Shown here: in pieces, positions 16,676-26,876 of the stretch
Numbering within the stretch: the stretch's first letter is position 1
How the letters are laid out: each line of letters starts with the position of its first letter
Virus record (IMG/VR): IMGVR_UViG_3300017780_000420
Coordinates: 1-33,654 of that record
Reading direction: 5' to 3' (one strand)
From: a virus
Lineage: Duplodnaviria; Caudoviricetes
DNA length: 33,654 nucleotides
The notes under the pieces: model-generated
The model's database searches: none
Told to the model about the DNA's origin: nothing
What the model saw: only the letters and a program-made list of their open reading frames with translations
Made by a program: the position numbers and the translations under genes

Positions 16676-16854
16676 GTGACGGTTTGTATTCCAATATTCA
16701 TAAAAAAAGGGCTAGGATCAAGGCTGGTTCAGGCGAAAAGATGGCTACAAAGGCTTCTGAAGGTCGCCCATCAGCACAAGACTTTAAAGATGCCGCTAAA
16801 ACTGCCAAGCCTACACGCAGAGAAACAATTGAATCCAAGATGAAGGATATGTAA
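16672..16854 (+). CDS. Small basic hypothetical protein
   Basis: GLY.NIH.KR.RI.AGSGEKM...P....FK.AAKTAK motif. Confidence 0.7.
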   Translation: MSDGLYSNIHKKRARIKAGSGEKMATKASEGRPSAQDFKDAAKTAKPTRRETIESKMKDM

Positions 16855-17021
16855 TGGTTAAGATGATCCCACCAACCCCTATGAGCCGCAAATATAAAAA
16901 AGAAGATGCAATGCTACGCCCTCATACTGAATCTACGCTAGAAAAGAACCAGCGTGAGCGTTTAGAGCGTAGAGCCGCTATTGCTGACAAACTTAAAGAC
17001 TTGGATAAAGAAGTCAAGTAA
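16854..17021 (+). CDS. Small hypothetical protein (55 aa)
   Basis: TAATG-coupled at both ends; translated by hand. Confidence 0.55.
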   Translation: MVKMIPPTPMSRKYKKEDAMLRPHTESTLEKNQRERLERRAAIADKLKDLDKEVK

Positions 17022-18067
17022 TGGCTACGCTGGCAGATTTGCTAAGAGGTGGATATACACCACCTACTACATCGGCACTTGCTGACCCGATCAAAGAGCA
17101 TTTTCGCACCCTGCCACAGCAATTAGAAACAAACCAACGGGCTATGGATAAAACTATGGCTGGCATGGATAAAACCGACATTATGGGTAGACCAAACCCT
17201 AATTACTACCCTGAAGCTATGCAAGAGTTCACACAGAACTATATGCCAGCAGTAATGGGAAGTACAACCGCTGTTCGCATGGCAAAAGCAATGGAAAACG
17301 CTATGTTGCCAATAGAAAAAGGTGGATTAGGTTTACCTGCTGGTAATACTGCCGCCCAAAGAGCAAAAGCTATGGGGTATGACACGCCCGTTTATCATGG
17401 AACTAATGCAGATATTGAAGCCTTCAATGTTAAAGGTAAAGGCAAGACTGCTGGTGCTGGTGCATTTTTAACAACCAATCCATTAACAGCGGAAACTTAT
17501 GTGTCAGCATCAGGCGGTGGAAACATACTTCCATTGTTGCTAAAAAAAGATGATTTTTTAACTGCCAACGCTAGAGGTAGAAACTGGGCTGACATCTATA
17601 CAAATGAACTAGCGGCAAAATCAGGCAAAACTCGATACACACCGCAAGAATTAGGATTAGACATCAATTCAGCAACTACTACTGATGAATTAGGAATTAT
17701 TGCAGATGAGTTAAGCAAAAAAGGTGCTGAGATTAAAAATGTTAAAGATTTAGGCCCTAATAGTCATGTAATGAGAGCAAAAGAATATTTATTAGAAAAG
17801 TATGGAATCGTTCCTGATGATACTTGGTCAAATGTAACTGGCAAACAATGGGATGAATCCCAAAAAGCCATGAAAAAGTTATACGAATCACAAAAAAGCG
17901 ATATTTATGCCGTACAAGACCCATCATTGATTAGATCAAGATTTGCCGCATTTGACCCTAAAAAAGCAAACAGTCCTGATTTACTGGCTGGAGCATTAGC
18001 TGTTCCTATGGTAGATGAAGATACCCGTAAGGCAACGCTAGAGAAATTGTTTAACGAGCAGAAATAG
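17021..18067 (+). CDS. ADP-ribosyltransferase-like (ART-PolyVal type) protein
   Basis: RAKAMGY...VYHGT..DI.AF...GAFLTTNP..A..Y...DP..IRSRFAAFDP. Confidence 0.6.
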   Translation: MATLADLLRGGYTPPTTSALADPIKEHFRTLPQQLETNQRAMDKTMAGMDKTDIMGRPNPNYYPEAMQEFTQNYMPAVMGSTTAVRMAKAMENAMLPIEKGGLGLPAGNTAAQRAKAMGYDTPVYHGTNADIEAFNVKGKGKTAGAGAFLTTNPLTAETYVSASGGGNILPLLLKKDDFLTANARGRNWADIYTNELAAKSGKTRYTPQELGLDINSATTTDELGIIADELSKKGAEIKNVKDLGPNSHVMRAKEYLLEKYGIVPDDTWSNVTGKQWDESQKAMKKLYESQKSDIYAVQDPSLIRSRFAAFDPKKANSPDLLAGALAVPMVDEDTRKATLEKLFNEQK

Positions 18068-18107
18068 CTTACAATTAACTTATCTTAATCAACCACTTGG
18101 ATAAGGT

Positions 18108-18401
18108 ATGGATTCTAAAGTAGATCAAACTAGAAAAAAGACAGGCGGTCGCTCTGTGGGTACGCCTAATAAGTCCACAGCACTCGCTAGAGAAGCGATC
18201 GCTAAGTTCGTGGATGGGAATAGCCACAAGTTACAAGAATGGCTTGATGACATCGCTACGAATGAAAAGTTAGGGCCAAAGGTAGCCTTTGATTGCTTTA
18301 TGCAAGTAGCTGAATACCATGTACCTAAACTAGCTAGAACAGAACAAGTCGGTGATGCTACCGCACCTATAACTCACATCTACAAATGGCAAGATGACTG
18401 A
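18108..18401 (+). CDS. terS: Terminase small subunit
   Basis: KTGGR..GTPNK motif, overlaps start of large subunit. Confidence 0.75.
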   Translation: MDSKVDQTRKKTGGRSVGTPNKSTALAREAIAKFVDGNSHKLQEWLDDIATNEKLGPKVAFDCFMQVAEYHVPKLARTEQVGDATAPITHIYKWQDD

Positions 18402-19737
18402 GGTAGTCCATGAGTTTGAATACAAGGCACGGACAGCATTTAAAGACTTCCATAACAGGAAACAACGCTGGGCTGTCCTAGTCTGTCACCGAAGGGCTGG
18501 CAAGACTGTAGCATCCATTAATGACCTGATACGCAGGGCAATTAAAGAAGAAAAGCCTGATGGTAGGTACTTTTACCTTTGCCCACTTTACTCGCAGGCA
18601 AAAAGCGTAGCATGGGACTACTTATTACGCTTCTCTGCTCCAGCATTAGCTAAAGCCAATCAGTCTGAATTATGGGTGCAACTACACAATGGGGCTAAGA
18701 TACGCTTGTTTGGTGCTGATTCTCCTGACAGCTTGCGTGGAAATTATATTGACGGCATCGTAATGGATGAATATGCCGATATGAAACCCCGTGTTTGGGG
18801 TGAGATCATTCGACCAGCACTTGCAGACAGGGGTGGGTATGCCGTGTTTATTGGAACACCCCGTGGACATAACAGCTTTTACGACATCTACAAAGGTGCT
18901 GAGAACAATCCCGATTGGTACAGCAAGACGCTCAGAGCAGACCAATCAGGGCTATTGCCACAGGCTGAACTAGAAGATGCCCAGCGTATGATGTCTGCCA
19001 ATCAATACGAAGCTGAGTTCCTTTGCTCATTTGAAGCGGCTATTCTCGGTGCGTTCTACGGTCAAGAGATGCGTAGAATCACGGACTTAGAGCGTATTAC
19101 TACGGTTGACTATGACCCAATGTTCCCTTGCCATACAGCTTGGGACTTGGGATTTAATGACAGCACTAGCATTTGGTGGTTTCAGGTGGTCTATGGTGAG
19201 ATACGGGTGCTAGATCACCACTCCAGCAATGGTCAATCCATACCTTATTATGTTGGTTTGTTATCTCAAAAAGAAGATGAATTTGGGTACAAATATGGAT
19301 ACCATTACCTGCCCCATGACGCTAGAGCAAAAACATTAGCTAGTGGCGGAAGAAGCATAATCGAGCAAATTTCTGCAAAAATTGACATAAAACACCTAAA
19401 AATTGTTCCAAACCTGTCAATTCAGGACGGAATACAAGCAACACGACTTGCATTAACACGCACTTGGTTTGATAATAGATGTGAAGAAGGAATTGAATGT
19501 TTGCGTCAATATCAACGAGAGTGGGATGATGATAAAAAGATATTTAGGGATCGCCCAAAGCACGATTGGACAAGCCACTCAGCAGATGCGTTCCGCTATC
19601 TCAGCATTGTATGGAAAGATGAGGACAGCCCTATCCTCAAAGATTCAAGAGTTAAAGGACTTCATGTCGGGCAAACGGATGTCACGCTGAACGAGATGTG
19701 GAAAGAAACCCCTAAAATTACAAACCGCAGGATATAA
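18394..19737 (+). CDS. terL: Terminase large subunit
   Basis: HRRAGKT Walker A, LRG...GIVMDE Walker B, GTP motif, AWDLG and HDWTSHSADAFRY nuclease motifs. Confidence 0.95.
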   Translation: MTEVVHEFEYKARTAFKDFHNRKQRWAVLVCHRRAGKTVASINDLIRRAIKEEKPDGRYFYLCPLYSQAKSVAWDYLLRFSAPALAKANQSELWVQLHNGAKIRLFGADSPDSLRGNYIDGIVMDEYADMKPRVWGEIIRPALADRGGYAVFIGTPRGHNSFYDIYKGAENNPDWYSKTLRADQSGLLPQAELEDAQRMMSANQYEAEFLCSFEAAILGAFYGQEMRRITDLERITTVDYDPMFPCHTAWDLGFNDSTSIWWFQVVYGEIRVLDHHSSNGQSIPYYVGLLSQKEDEFGYKYGYHYLPHDARAKTLASGGRSIIEQISAKIDIKHLKIVPNLSIQDGIQATRLALTRTWFDNRCEEGIECLRQYQREWDDDKKIFRDRPKHDWTSHSADAFRYLSIVWKDEDSPILKDSRVKGLHVGQTDVTLNEMWKETPKITNRRI

Positions 19738-19739
19738 AG

Positions 19740-21998
19740 ATGGAACATACATACCAAGATTGGTACAACTGCATTGCCAGCTACGAGCGTACATTCAAAG
19801 AATGGGAAGGTCGAGCCGACAAGATAGTTAAGCGTTACCGCGACGATTCACGCAGTCGCAACAATCCTAACGCTAAGTTCAATATCCTTTGGTCTAATGT
19901 CCAAACCATCACTCCTGCTGTATTCGCTCGATTACCAAGACCTGATGTAAGCCGCAGATTCCGTGATAACGACCCTATTGGTCGTGTAGCGTCAATGATG
20001 CTAGAACGAGCATTAGAGTACGAGATTGAGCATTATGGTGACTACGCTAGTGCCATGAAGCAGACTGTCCAAGACCGTTTATTAGGTGGTCGTGGTACAG
20101 CTTGGGTTCGTTATGAGCCACATATTGTCGGTGAAATGGGCGGCATGGCAGAAGATATGCCTGATGATGGCTTACAGGTTACCGAAGATATTGATGAAGC
20201 TGAAACCGAAGGCGGCATCTATCGTGAGAACCAAGAGCGTATTGAATATGAATGTGCTCCTGTAGATTATGTTCATTGGCGTGACTTTGGCTTAACCGTT
20301 GCCCGTACTTGGGAAGAAGTAACAGCAGTATGGCGTAAGGTTTACATGGGCAGACCAGCATTAGTTGAGCGTTTTGGTGAAGAACTAGGCGGTAAGATTC
20401 CGCTTGATACCAAGCCTGAAACATCCAAGACATTTAATGAAAAGATGGGCGAAGGTGCATCTGAAGCCGTTGTTTATGAGATTTGGGACAAAACAACTGG
20501 TCAAGTTATTTGGCTAAACAAATCAATGGGTAAGATTCTTGATACCCGTGATGATCCGCTACAGCTTGAGAACTTTTGGCCATGTCCAAAGCCAATGTTC
20601 TCTACATTAACAACTGACAGCCTAATCCCTGTACCTGACTTTGTTCTGTACCAAGACCAAGCAAGACAGCTAGACACGCTGGCAGATCGTATTGATGGAT
20701 TCATTCAAGCACTCAAGGTTCGGGGTGTATATGACGCATCTGAGCCATCCCTTGCCCGTTTATTCTCCGAAGGCGAGAACAACGCCTTGTTACCAGTTAA
20801 GAACTACGGTGCATTTAGCGAGAAGGGTGGACTTGTAGGGGCTATTAACCTTGTAGATATTCAACCTATTGCTCAAGGTCTAAACATGGCTTATCAAGCT
20901 ATGGAGCAGGTTAAAGGTCAAATATACGAAATTATGGGTATTGCTGACATCCAGCGTGGACAGACAGACCCTAACGAAACACTTGGTGCTCAAATCATTA
21001 AGTCCAACAACGCTTCAGGGCGTTTAAAGACTATGCAACACGATGTAGTGAACTTTGCTACAGCCCTATTGCAGATCAAAGCACAAATTATTTGCCAGCA
21101 TTTTACCGATGACACCATCGTTAAGATTAGTGGTGCAATGCAATTATCCCCACAAGATCAACAACTTATACCGCAAGCCCTTGCATTACTAAAGGATGAG
21201 CCAGCCAAGAACTTCCGTATTGAAGTGACTAGCGATTCGATGATTTATCAAGATGAACAACAGGAAAAGCAAGACCGCATGGAGTTCTTACAGGCTATGG
21301 GTGGATTCCTAAGCCAAGCATTACCAGCGGCAAATGCAAGTCCTGAACTAACACCTATGCTGATTGAGATGCTCAAGTTTGGTGTAACAGCGTTCAAGGC
21401 TGGTAAAGGTTTAGAGGGATTGATTGACGAAACAGCCGATAAGTTCCGTCAGCAACAAGCACAAATGGAAGGTCAACCCAAGCCACCAACCCCTGAAATG
21501 CAGAAGCTACAAATGCAAGCTCAGATGGAGCAAGCCAAAATGCAAAACGCTATGCAACTTGAGCAACAAAAGATGCAGATGCAAATGGAACTTGAAAAAG
21601 CTAAACAAGAATACCAAGCCCAAGAAAACCAGCTTAAATTCCAACTAGAAGAACAGCGTAATATGATGGATCGTGAGATGGAGATTAAGGTTGCTCAAAT
21701 GAAGATGAATACTGAACGCAATACTCAGGTCTTACTAGCACATATTAACAACGGTGCTAAGATCGAAGTTGCAAGAATTGGTGCTGATGAATCTACTGGT
21801 GAACAGGCTTACTTTACAGAGCAGGATATGGCTAAGTCTATGGAACACCCATTACAGCCTATTGCCGATGCTATTGGTCAAAGCAACCAACAGATGACAT
21901 TAGCATTAAGCGATTTGGTAAATACCATTAACGAAAACCACAATAGACCTAAACAAGTGGTACGGGGACAAGACGGTAAAATCATCGGGGTTCAATAA
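19740..21998 (+). CDS. Portal protein (P22-like, long C-terminal coiled coil)
   Basis: 752 aa directly after terL; Q-rich helical barrel region. Confidence 0.85.
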   Translation: MEHTYQDWYNCIASYERTFKEWEGRADKIVKRYRDDSRSRNNPNAKFNILWSNVQTITPAVFARLPRPDVSRRFRDNDPIGRVASMMLERALEYEIEHYGDYASAMKQTVQDRLLGGRGTAWVRYEPHIVGEMGGMAEDMPDDGLQVTEDIDEAETEGGIYRENQERIEYECAPVDYVHWRDFGLTVARTWEEVTAVWRKVYMGRPALVERFGEELGGKIPLDTKPETSKTFNEKMGEGASEAVVYEIWDKTTGQVIWLNKSMGKILDTRDDPLQLENFWPCPKPMFSTLTTDSLIPVPDFVLYQDQARQLDTLADRIDGFIQALKVRGVYDASEPSLARLFSEGENNALLPVKNYGAFSEKGGLVGAINLVDIQPIAQGLNMAYQAMEQVKGQIYEIMGIADIQRGQTDPNETLGAQIIKSNNASGRLKTMQHDVVNFATALLQIKAQIICQHFTDDTIVKISGAMQLSPQDQQLIPQALALLKDEPAKNFRIEVTSDSMIYQDEQQEKQDRMEFLQAMGGFLSQALPAANASPELTPMLIEMLKFGVTAFKAGKGLEGLIDETADKFRQQQAQMEGQPKPPTPEMQKLQMQAQMEQAKMQNAMQLEQQKMQMQMELEKAKQEYQAQENQLKFQLEEQRNMMDREMEIKVAQMKMNTERNTQVLLAHINNGAKIEVARIGADESTGEQAYFTEQDMAKSMEHPLQPIADAIGQSNQQMTLALSDLVNTINENHNRPKQVVRGQDGKIIGVQ

Positions 21999-24757
21999 TG
22001 GCTATAACAGTCAAGCATACTAAGGTTTCAACGATACCTGACGGGGATGATTCATCCGTTGTAAGACCAAGTGATTGGAACGCTGACCATCAATTAACAG
22101 GCACTATCCCTGTAGAGAATGGTGGTACAGGTGCTTCTACTCTTACAGGTTATGTAAAGGGCAATGGCACGGCTAACATGACAGCCGCATCAACTATTCC
22201 TAATACTGATGTAACTGGTTTAGGAACAATGTCTACCCAAAACAGTAATAACATATCTGTTACTGGTGGTTCAATGTCAGGAGTTACTGTAACAGGCTAC
22301 ATTCCTACTACAGAAAAAGGAGCAGCACTTGGAGTAGCTACGCTTGATGCAGGCGGTCAAGTGCCAGTTTCGCAACTTCCCCAAATGGGTGATTTAAATT
22401 ATCAAGGAACATGGAATGCCAGCACAAATACCCCTACTCTTACTTCGTCTGTTGGTACTAAGGGTTACTACTATGTTGTATCTGTTGCTGGTAGCACTAA
22501 TCTTAACGGGATTACAGATTGGCAAGTGGGCGACTGGGCTGTTTACAATGGTAGTATCTGGCAAAAAATAGATAACACCGATGCTGTAACTTCTGTCAAT
22601 GGTTATACAGGTACAGTCGTTTTAACTACTACGGATGTTACTGAAGGCACAAACCAATACTTTACAACTGCTCGAGCTAGAACTTCTGTAAGTGCTGGTA
22701 CAGGTATTAGTTATGATAGTGGCACAGGCGTAATTACTAACTCTAGCCCATCTTTGGGTGGCGATGTAGTAGGCCCAACAAGTGCTACAGATAATGCTAT
22801 TGCTCGTTATGACAGCACTACAGGCAAATTATTACAAAACAGCGTAGTTACTGTAGGTGATACGGGTGCAATATCAGGTGTAACAACATTAGCGGCATCA
22901 ACAAGCGTAACTACACCTATTGTTCAAGCTACTAATTCTGCTGGTTTAGCCCTTAAAAACTCTGCTGGCACTACTCAAATGAGTATGGGTGCAGGTGGTG
23001 GCGATAACCTAGCAATCAATGTAGCTACAAATATTAATGGTGCAAACGCACAAATAGACATTAGTCCTACTGGTACTGGTCATGTTCACATGAAGCCTAG
23101 TGGTACAGGTTCTATTGAAATTGCACCTATCAATGTAGGAACAATTGACAATATGACTATTGGTGCTACAACTGCTAGGGCAATTACAGGCACAACAGTT
23201 ACGGCTACTACTTTTGTAGGTTCAGGTGCAAGCCTTACATCTATCCCTAATTCTGCCCTTAATAATTCAGCTATCACAATCAATGGCACAAGCACAAGTC
23301 TTGGTGGTTCAATTAGTGTAGGTACGGTAACAAGCGTAACTGGCACAAGTCCAGTAGTTTCTAGCGGTGGCAATACCCCTGCTATATCCATTCCTGCGGC
23401 AACGGGTAGTGTAAACGGGTATTTAACAAGCACAGATTGGACAACATTTAATAACAAGGGTTCGGGTACAGTAACTTCTGTAGCTACAGGAACAGGTTTA
23501 TCAGGTGGCCCTATTACTGGTACAGGGACAATTAGCCTTGCTGATACTGCTGTAACTCCAGCGGCTTATACAAACGCAAATATTACTGTTGATGCACAAG
23601 GTCGTATTACTTCAGCTTCTAACGGAACTGCTGGCTCAGGGACAGTAACTTCAGTAGCGGCAACTGTACCTAGCGTTTTAAGCATTTCAGGTAGTCCAAT
23701 TACTACTAGCGGTACTTTAGCAATTGGCTATTCGGGTACAGCTTTACCTGTAGCTAATGGTGGTTCAGGTCAAACATCCTATACAGATGGTCAGCTATTA
23801 ATTGGTAATACAACAGGAAATACGCTTACTAAAGCCACTTTAACTGCTGGTGCTGGAATTTCTATTACCAATGGTTCAGGTGCTATTACGATTGCAAACA
23901 CAGCAATTACTTATTCCGCATCTTATTTAATTGTTGGTGGAGGCGGTGGCGGTGGATATTGGCTTGGTGGGGGCGGTGGTGCAGGCGGATTTTTATCAGG
24001 TACACAAACATTATTTGGTGGAACAACTTATTCTTTTGTTGTGGGTAGTGGCGGTTCAGGCTCAACAAGTGGCGGTGTAGGTTCTAACGGTTTAGATTCA
24101 ACAGGATTTGGTTTAACAGCTCTTGGTGGTGGATATGGTGGTAGTAATGCTATATCACCAACAACTCCTACATCGGGTGCTTCAGGTGGCGGAGTAGGTG
24201 GTAATTTAACAGGTGCAGGTGGTTCAGGAACAAGTGGTCAAGGATTTGCTGGTGGTACTGCGGCATTAGTACCCCCTGCTTATGGCGGTGGGGGTGGTGG
24301 TGGTGCAACAACCGTTGGAGGTAATGGTTCATCTTCAATATCAGGAAATGGCGGAACTGGAAATACATCAACATTAATTACAACAACACAAGCAACAACT
24401 AATTCTGTTGGAGAAGTTGTTTCGACTTCTGTTTATTTTTCTGGCGGTGGTGGTAGCGGTTCACAAACAAGTGGAGCATTATTTGGTGTTGGTGGCTCAG
24501 GTGGTGGTGGGGCTGGAGGTCTATCAAATACAAATAATGCCGTTGCTGGAGGCACAAATACTGGTGGCGGTGGTGGTGGCGGTGGTGGTAACGGAAGCGG
24601 AACTGCACAACGAGGGGCTAACGGTGGCTCGGGAGTAGTAATTATTTCTGTTCCTACTGCAATTTATTCAGGAACAACTACAGGCTCTCCAACAGTAGTT
24701 ACTAACGGCAGTAATACAGTAATAATTTTTAAATCTTCAGGGAGTTACACAGCATGA
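21998..24757 (+). CDS. Fibre-like virion protein with glycine-rich C-terminal domain
   Basis: GTVTSV repeats, YQGTWNASTNTPTL, ITVDAQGRITSA, poly-Gly domain ending GGSGVVII. Confidence 0.75.
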   Translation: MAITVKHTKVSTIPDGDDSSVVRPSDWNADHQLTGTIPVENGGTGASTLTGYVKGNGTANMTAASTIPNTDVTGLGTMSTQNSNNISVTGGSMSGVTVTGYIPTTEKGAALGVATLDAGGQVPVSQLPQMGDLNYQGTWNASTNTPTLTSSVGTKGYYYVVSVAGSTNLNGITDWQVGDWAVYNGSIWQKIDNTDAVTSVNGYTGTVVLTTTDVTEGTNQYFTTARARTSVSAGTGISYDSGTGVITNSSPSLGGDVVGPTSATDNAIARYDSTTGKLLQNSVVTVGDTGAISGVTTLAASTSVTTPIVQATNSAGLALKNSAGTTQMSMGAGGGDNLAINVATNINGANAQIDISPTGTGHVHMKPSGTGSIEIAPINVGTIDNMTIGATTARAITGTTVTATTFVGSGASLTSIPNSALNNSAITINGTSTSLGGSISVGTVTSVTGTSPVVSSGGNTPAISIPAATGSVNGYLTSTDWTTFNNKGSGTVTSVATGTGLSGGPITGTGTISLADTAVTPAAYTNANITVDAQGRITSASNGTAGSGTVTSVAATVPSVLSISGSPITTSGTLAIGYSGTALPVANGGSGQTSYTDGQLLIGNTTGNTLTKATLTAGAGISITNGSGAITIANTAITYSASYLIVGGGGGGGYWLGGGGGAGGFLSGTQTLFGGTTYSFVVGSGGSGSTSGGVGSNGLDSTGFGLTALGGGYGGSNAISPTTPTSGASGGGVGGNLTGAGGSGTSGQGFAGGTAALVPPAYGGGGGGGATTVGGNGSSSISGNGGTGNTSTLITTTQATTNSVGEVVSTSVYFSGGGGSGSQTSGALFGVGGSGGGGAGGLSNTNNAVAGGTNTGGGGGGGGGNGSGTAQRGANGGSGVVIISVPTAIYSGTTTGSPTVVTNGSNTVIIFKSSGSYTA

Positions 24758-25098
24758 GTCATTACGCAAAAGTCCTTGACAGCAAAGTTATCCAAGTTAT
24801 TGTTGCCGAACCTGAATTTTTTAATACATTTGTAGATACATCGGCAGGTACTTGGTTACAAACTTCTTACAATACATACGGTAATAAACACCCAAACAAT
24901 ACCCCTTTGCGTGGTAATTTTGCTGGACTTGGATATACATACGATTATGAAAATGATGTATTTTATGCACCACAACCGTTTCCTAGTTGGACACTAAATC
25001 AATCTACTTGGTTATGGGAAGCACCAACACCTTGTCCATCAGACAATAAATTTTACAGGTGGGATGAGTCCACTAAATCTTGGGTAGTAGTAGAGTAA
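24754..25098 (+). CDS. Hypothetical protein associated with glycine-rich fibres
   Basis: MSHYAKV...W.QTSYN...RGNFAG.GY.YD...F..PQPFPSW...W.AP.P.P...WDE; ATGA overlap. Confidence 0.7.
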   Translation: MSHYAKVLDSKVIQVIVAEPEFFNTFVDTSAGTWLQTSYNTYGNKHPNNTPLRGNFAGLGYTYDYENDVFYAPQPFPSWTLNQSTWLWEAPTPCPSDNKFYRWDESTKSWVVVE

Positions 25099-25580
25099 TG
25101 TTTTCTACAGCTTTCCAAGTCAATGCGTTTCAAAATAACGCTTTTCAGATTAGCGGAGTACCGCCTACACCAACTAGCAATCTTGGTGGCGGGGATGATG
25201 CGTCATGGACACCTGAAGAATTAAAGCGATTACGCAAGCTATCTGCAAAAATAGCTGAACGCCAACGCAGGTTAGAGCAATCCACCAAAGACGCTAACGC
25301 ATCACGCAGGCAAGCATTTAAAGATCAAATTGATCCTGTTGCAAAAGTTAAGCAATCTAAAGTACAATCAATTCAAGAGGTTAAAGCTGATATACCGTCA
25401 GTCGATACACAAGAATTACAGCGGTCTATAAGCTACCTTGAAAGACAACGGGATAACATCCTTGCGGCAGTAGCTTACAGAAACCAGCAAAGGCTCATAC
25501 AAGAGCAATTGTTATATATGGAAGCCAAACGCCTAGAGGAACTAGACGATGAGGAATCCGTATTAATACTTCTACACTAA
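25098..25580 (+). CDS. Hypothetical coiled-coil protein
   Basis: Probable start ATG 25098 (MFSTAFQVNAFQNNAFQ) by TAATG overlap. Confidence 0.6.
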   Translation: MFSTAFQVNAFQNNAFQISGVPPTPTSNLGGGDDASWTPEELKRLRKLSAKIAERQRRLEQSTKDANASRRQAFKDQIDPVAKVKQSKVQSIQEVKADIPSVDTQELQRSISYLERQRDNILAAVAYRNQQRLIQEQLLYMEAKRLEELDDEESVLILLH

Positions 25581-26470
25581 ATCCGCACACGGAATACAAA
25601 AAAGCCTACGAGCACCTACACGCTGGTCGTTTAGATGCAGGTTTTAGATTGTTTGAGTATCGCTGGCATCCTGAAATAATGGCTAATCAGCTTGAAGGTT
25701 ACGCAAAACCTTTAAAAATGCCTGTATGGAGAGGTGAAAGTCTACTTGGTAAGTCTATAACCATTGTTGCAGAGCAAGGTTTTGGCGATATTATCCAGTA
25801 CGCACGATTCCTACCATTTTTAAAAGTGATGGGTGCTAAAAAAGTAGTTTTATTGCAAAACGGCTCGCTTCACTTGCTATTTGGGCAAATGGATTGCATA
25901 GATCAATTTACAAATATGCCCGAAGAAGGCGTTGCCACAGAATCAGACTATTGGCTTGGCATAATTTCTCTGCCTTATTACATCAGCCTAGCCCCAGCCT
26001 ACGCAAAAGCCTTATTTCCAATATCTATTAAGAAAATAGTAGGCTCTGAAGGGTATTTAGACGCCATTCCTAGCAATATTCCCAAGAAAATAGGCGTTAA
26101 TTGGTCAACTTCCAAAGGGATTTTGCACTATATCCGCACCCTAAACCCTGAAATCATGTTGCAAGCTGTTGGTGATGATGCCTATTCTTTAAACATAGAA
26201 GAAGATAAGTTTTGGACACCCCTACCTAACGATGGCTGGAAGCAAGATTGGTCTAAAACTGCAAGCCATTTAAAGGCTCTCAAAGGCTTGGTTACTGTAG
26301 ATACTGGGATAGCCCACCTAGCTGGTGCTTTGGGCGTTAGAACCATCGTAATCATGCCTAGAAAAGAGTTTAAGTGTTGGCGTTGGAAGCACGGCACTTG
26401 GTACAACTCAATAGTTACTATTGAAGAAGATGAGATGGACAAAATACCCGAAATCATAAGGAGAATGTAA
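25562..26470 (+). CDS. Glycosyltransferase-like protein (GT-B/GT9-like, as in TPR-GT fusions); start uncertain
   Basis: W.GE.L.GK.I....EQGFGDIIQY.RF and VTVDTGIAHLAGALG...WRW motifs; frame open from 25553, first canonical start only at 25649. Confidence 0.7.
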   Translation: MNTSTLNPHTEYKKAYEHLHAGRLDAGFRLFEYRWHPEIMANQLEGYAKPLKMPVWRGESLLGKSITIVAEQGFGDIIQYARFLPFLKVMGAKKVVLLQNGSLHLLFGQMDCIDQFTNMPEEGVATESDYWLGIISLPYYISLAPAYAKALFPISIKKIVGSEGYLDAIPSNIPKKIGVNWSTSKGILHYIRTLNPEIMLQAVGDDAYSLNIEEDKFWTPLPNDGWKQDWSKTASHLKALKGLVTVDTGIAHLAGALGVRTIVIMPRKEFKCWRWKHGTWYNSIVTIEEDEMDKIPEIIRRM

Positions 26471-26868
26471 TGGCTTTAGTCAAAGTCACAGTTAAATGCC
26501 CACATTGCAAAGTGGATCACGAAGAATATGATGCAACGCAATATGATGATAAAGAGAAATACCTTGCTTATTGGAATATTCCGTTTGATACGCCACAAGC
26601 TGAAGAAGCGTGGCAAGCCAAGCTAAACATGACCCCAAAAGAAGCCCCAGTCGTAATGCCTGACATTGCTGGTCATATATCAATGGCTGACGGCACTTGG
26701 GTATCTAGCCGTTCTAAGCACCGTGAGAACCTAAAGCGTAATAACTGCATTGAAATTGGTAATGATGTGCCAACCGAACAAAAAAAGGTTGAATTTAGTC
26801 GCAAAGAACAAGAAGCCCGTAAGCGTCAAATTGCGGAAATTACATACGCCAAACTTAACTACAGATAA
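26470..26868 (+). CDS. Hypothetical protein of head module
   Basis: CPHC and I.SRS.HRE.LKRN.C.E.GND-type motifs, before scaffold. Confidence 0.65.
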   Translation: MALVKVTVKCPHCKVDHEEYDATQYDDKEKYLAYWNIPFDTPQAEEAWQAKLNMTPKEAPVVMPDIAGHISMADGTWVSSRSKHRENLKRNNCIEIGNDVPTEQKKVEFSRKEQEARKRQIAEITYAKLNYR

Positions 26869-26876
26869 GGATCACC

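Noticed and set aside
23930-24640. GGTGGC-type tandem repeats
   Set aside because: Simply glycine codons of the glycine-rich domain.
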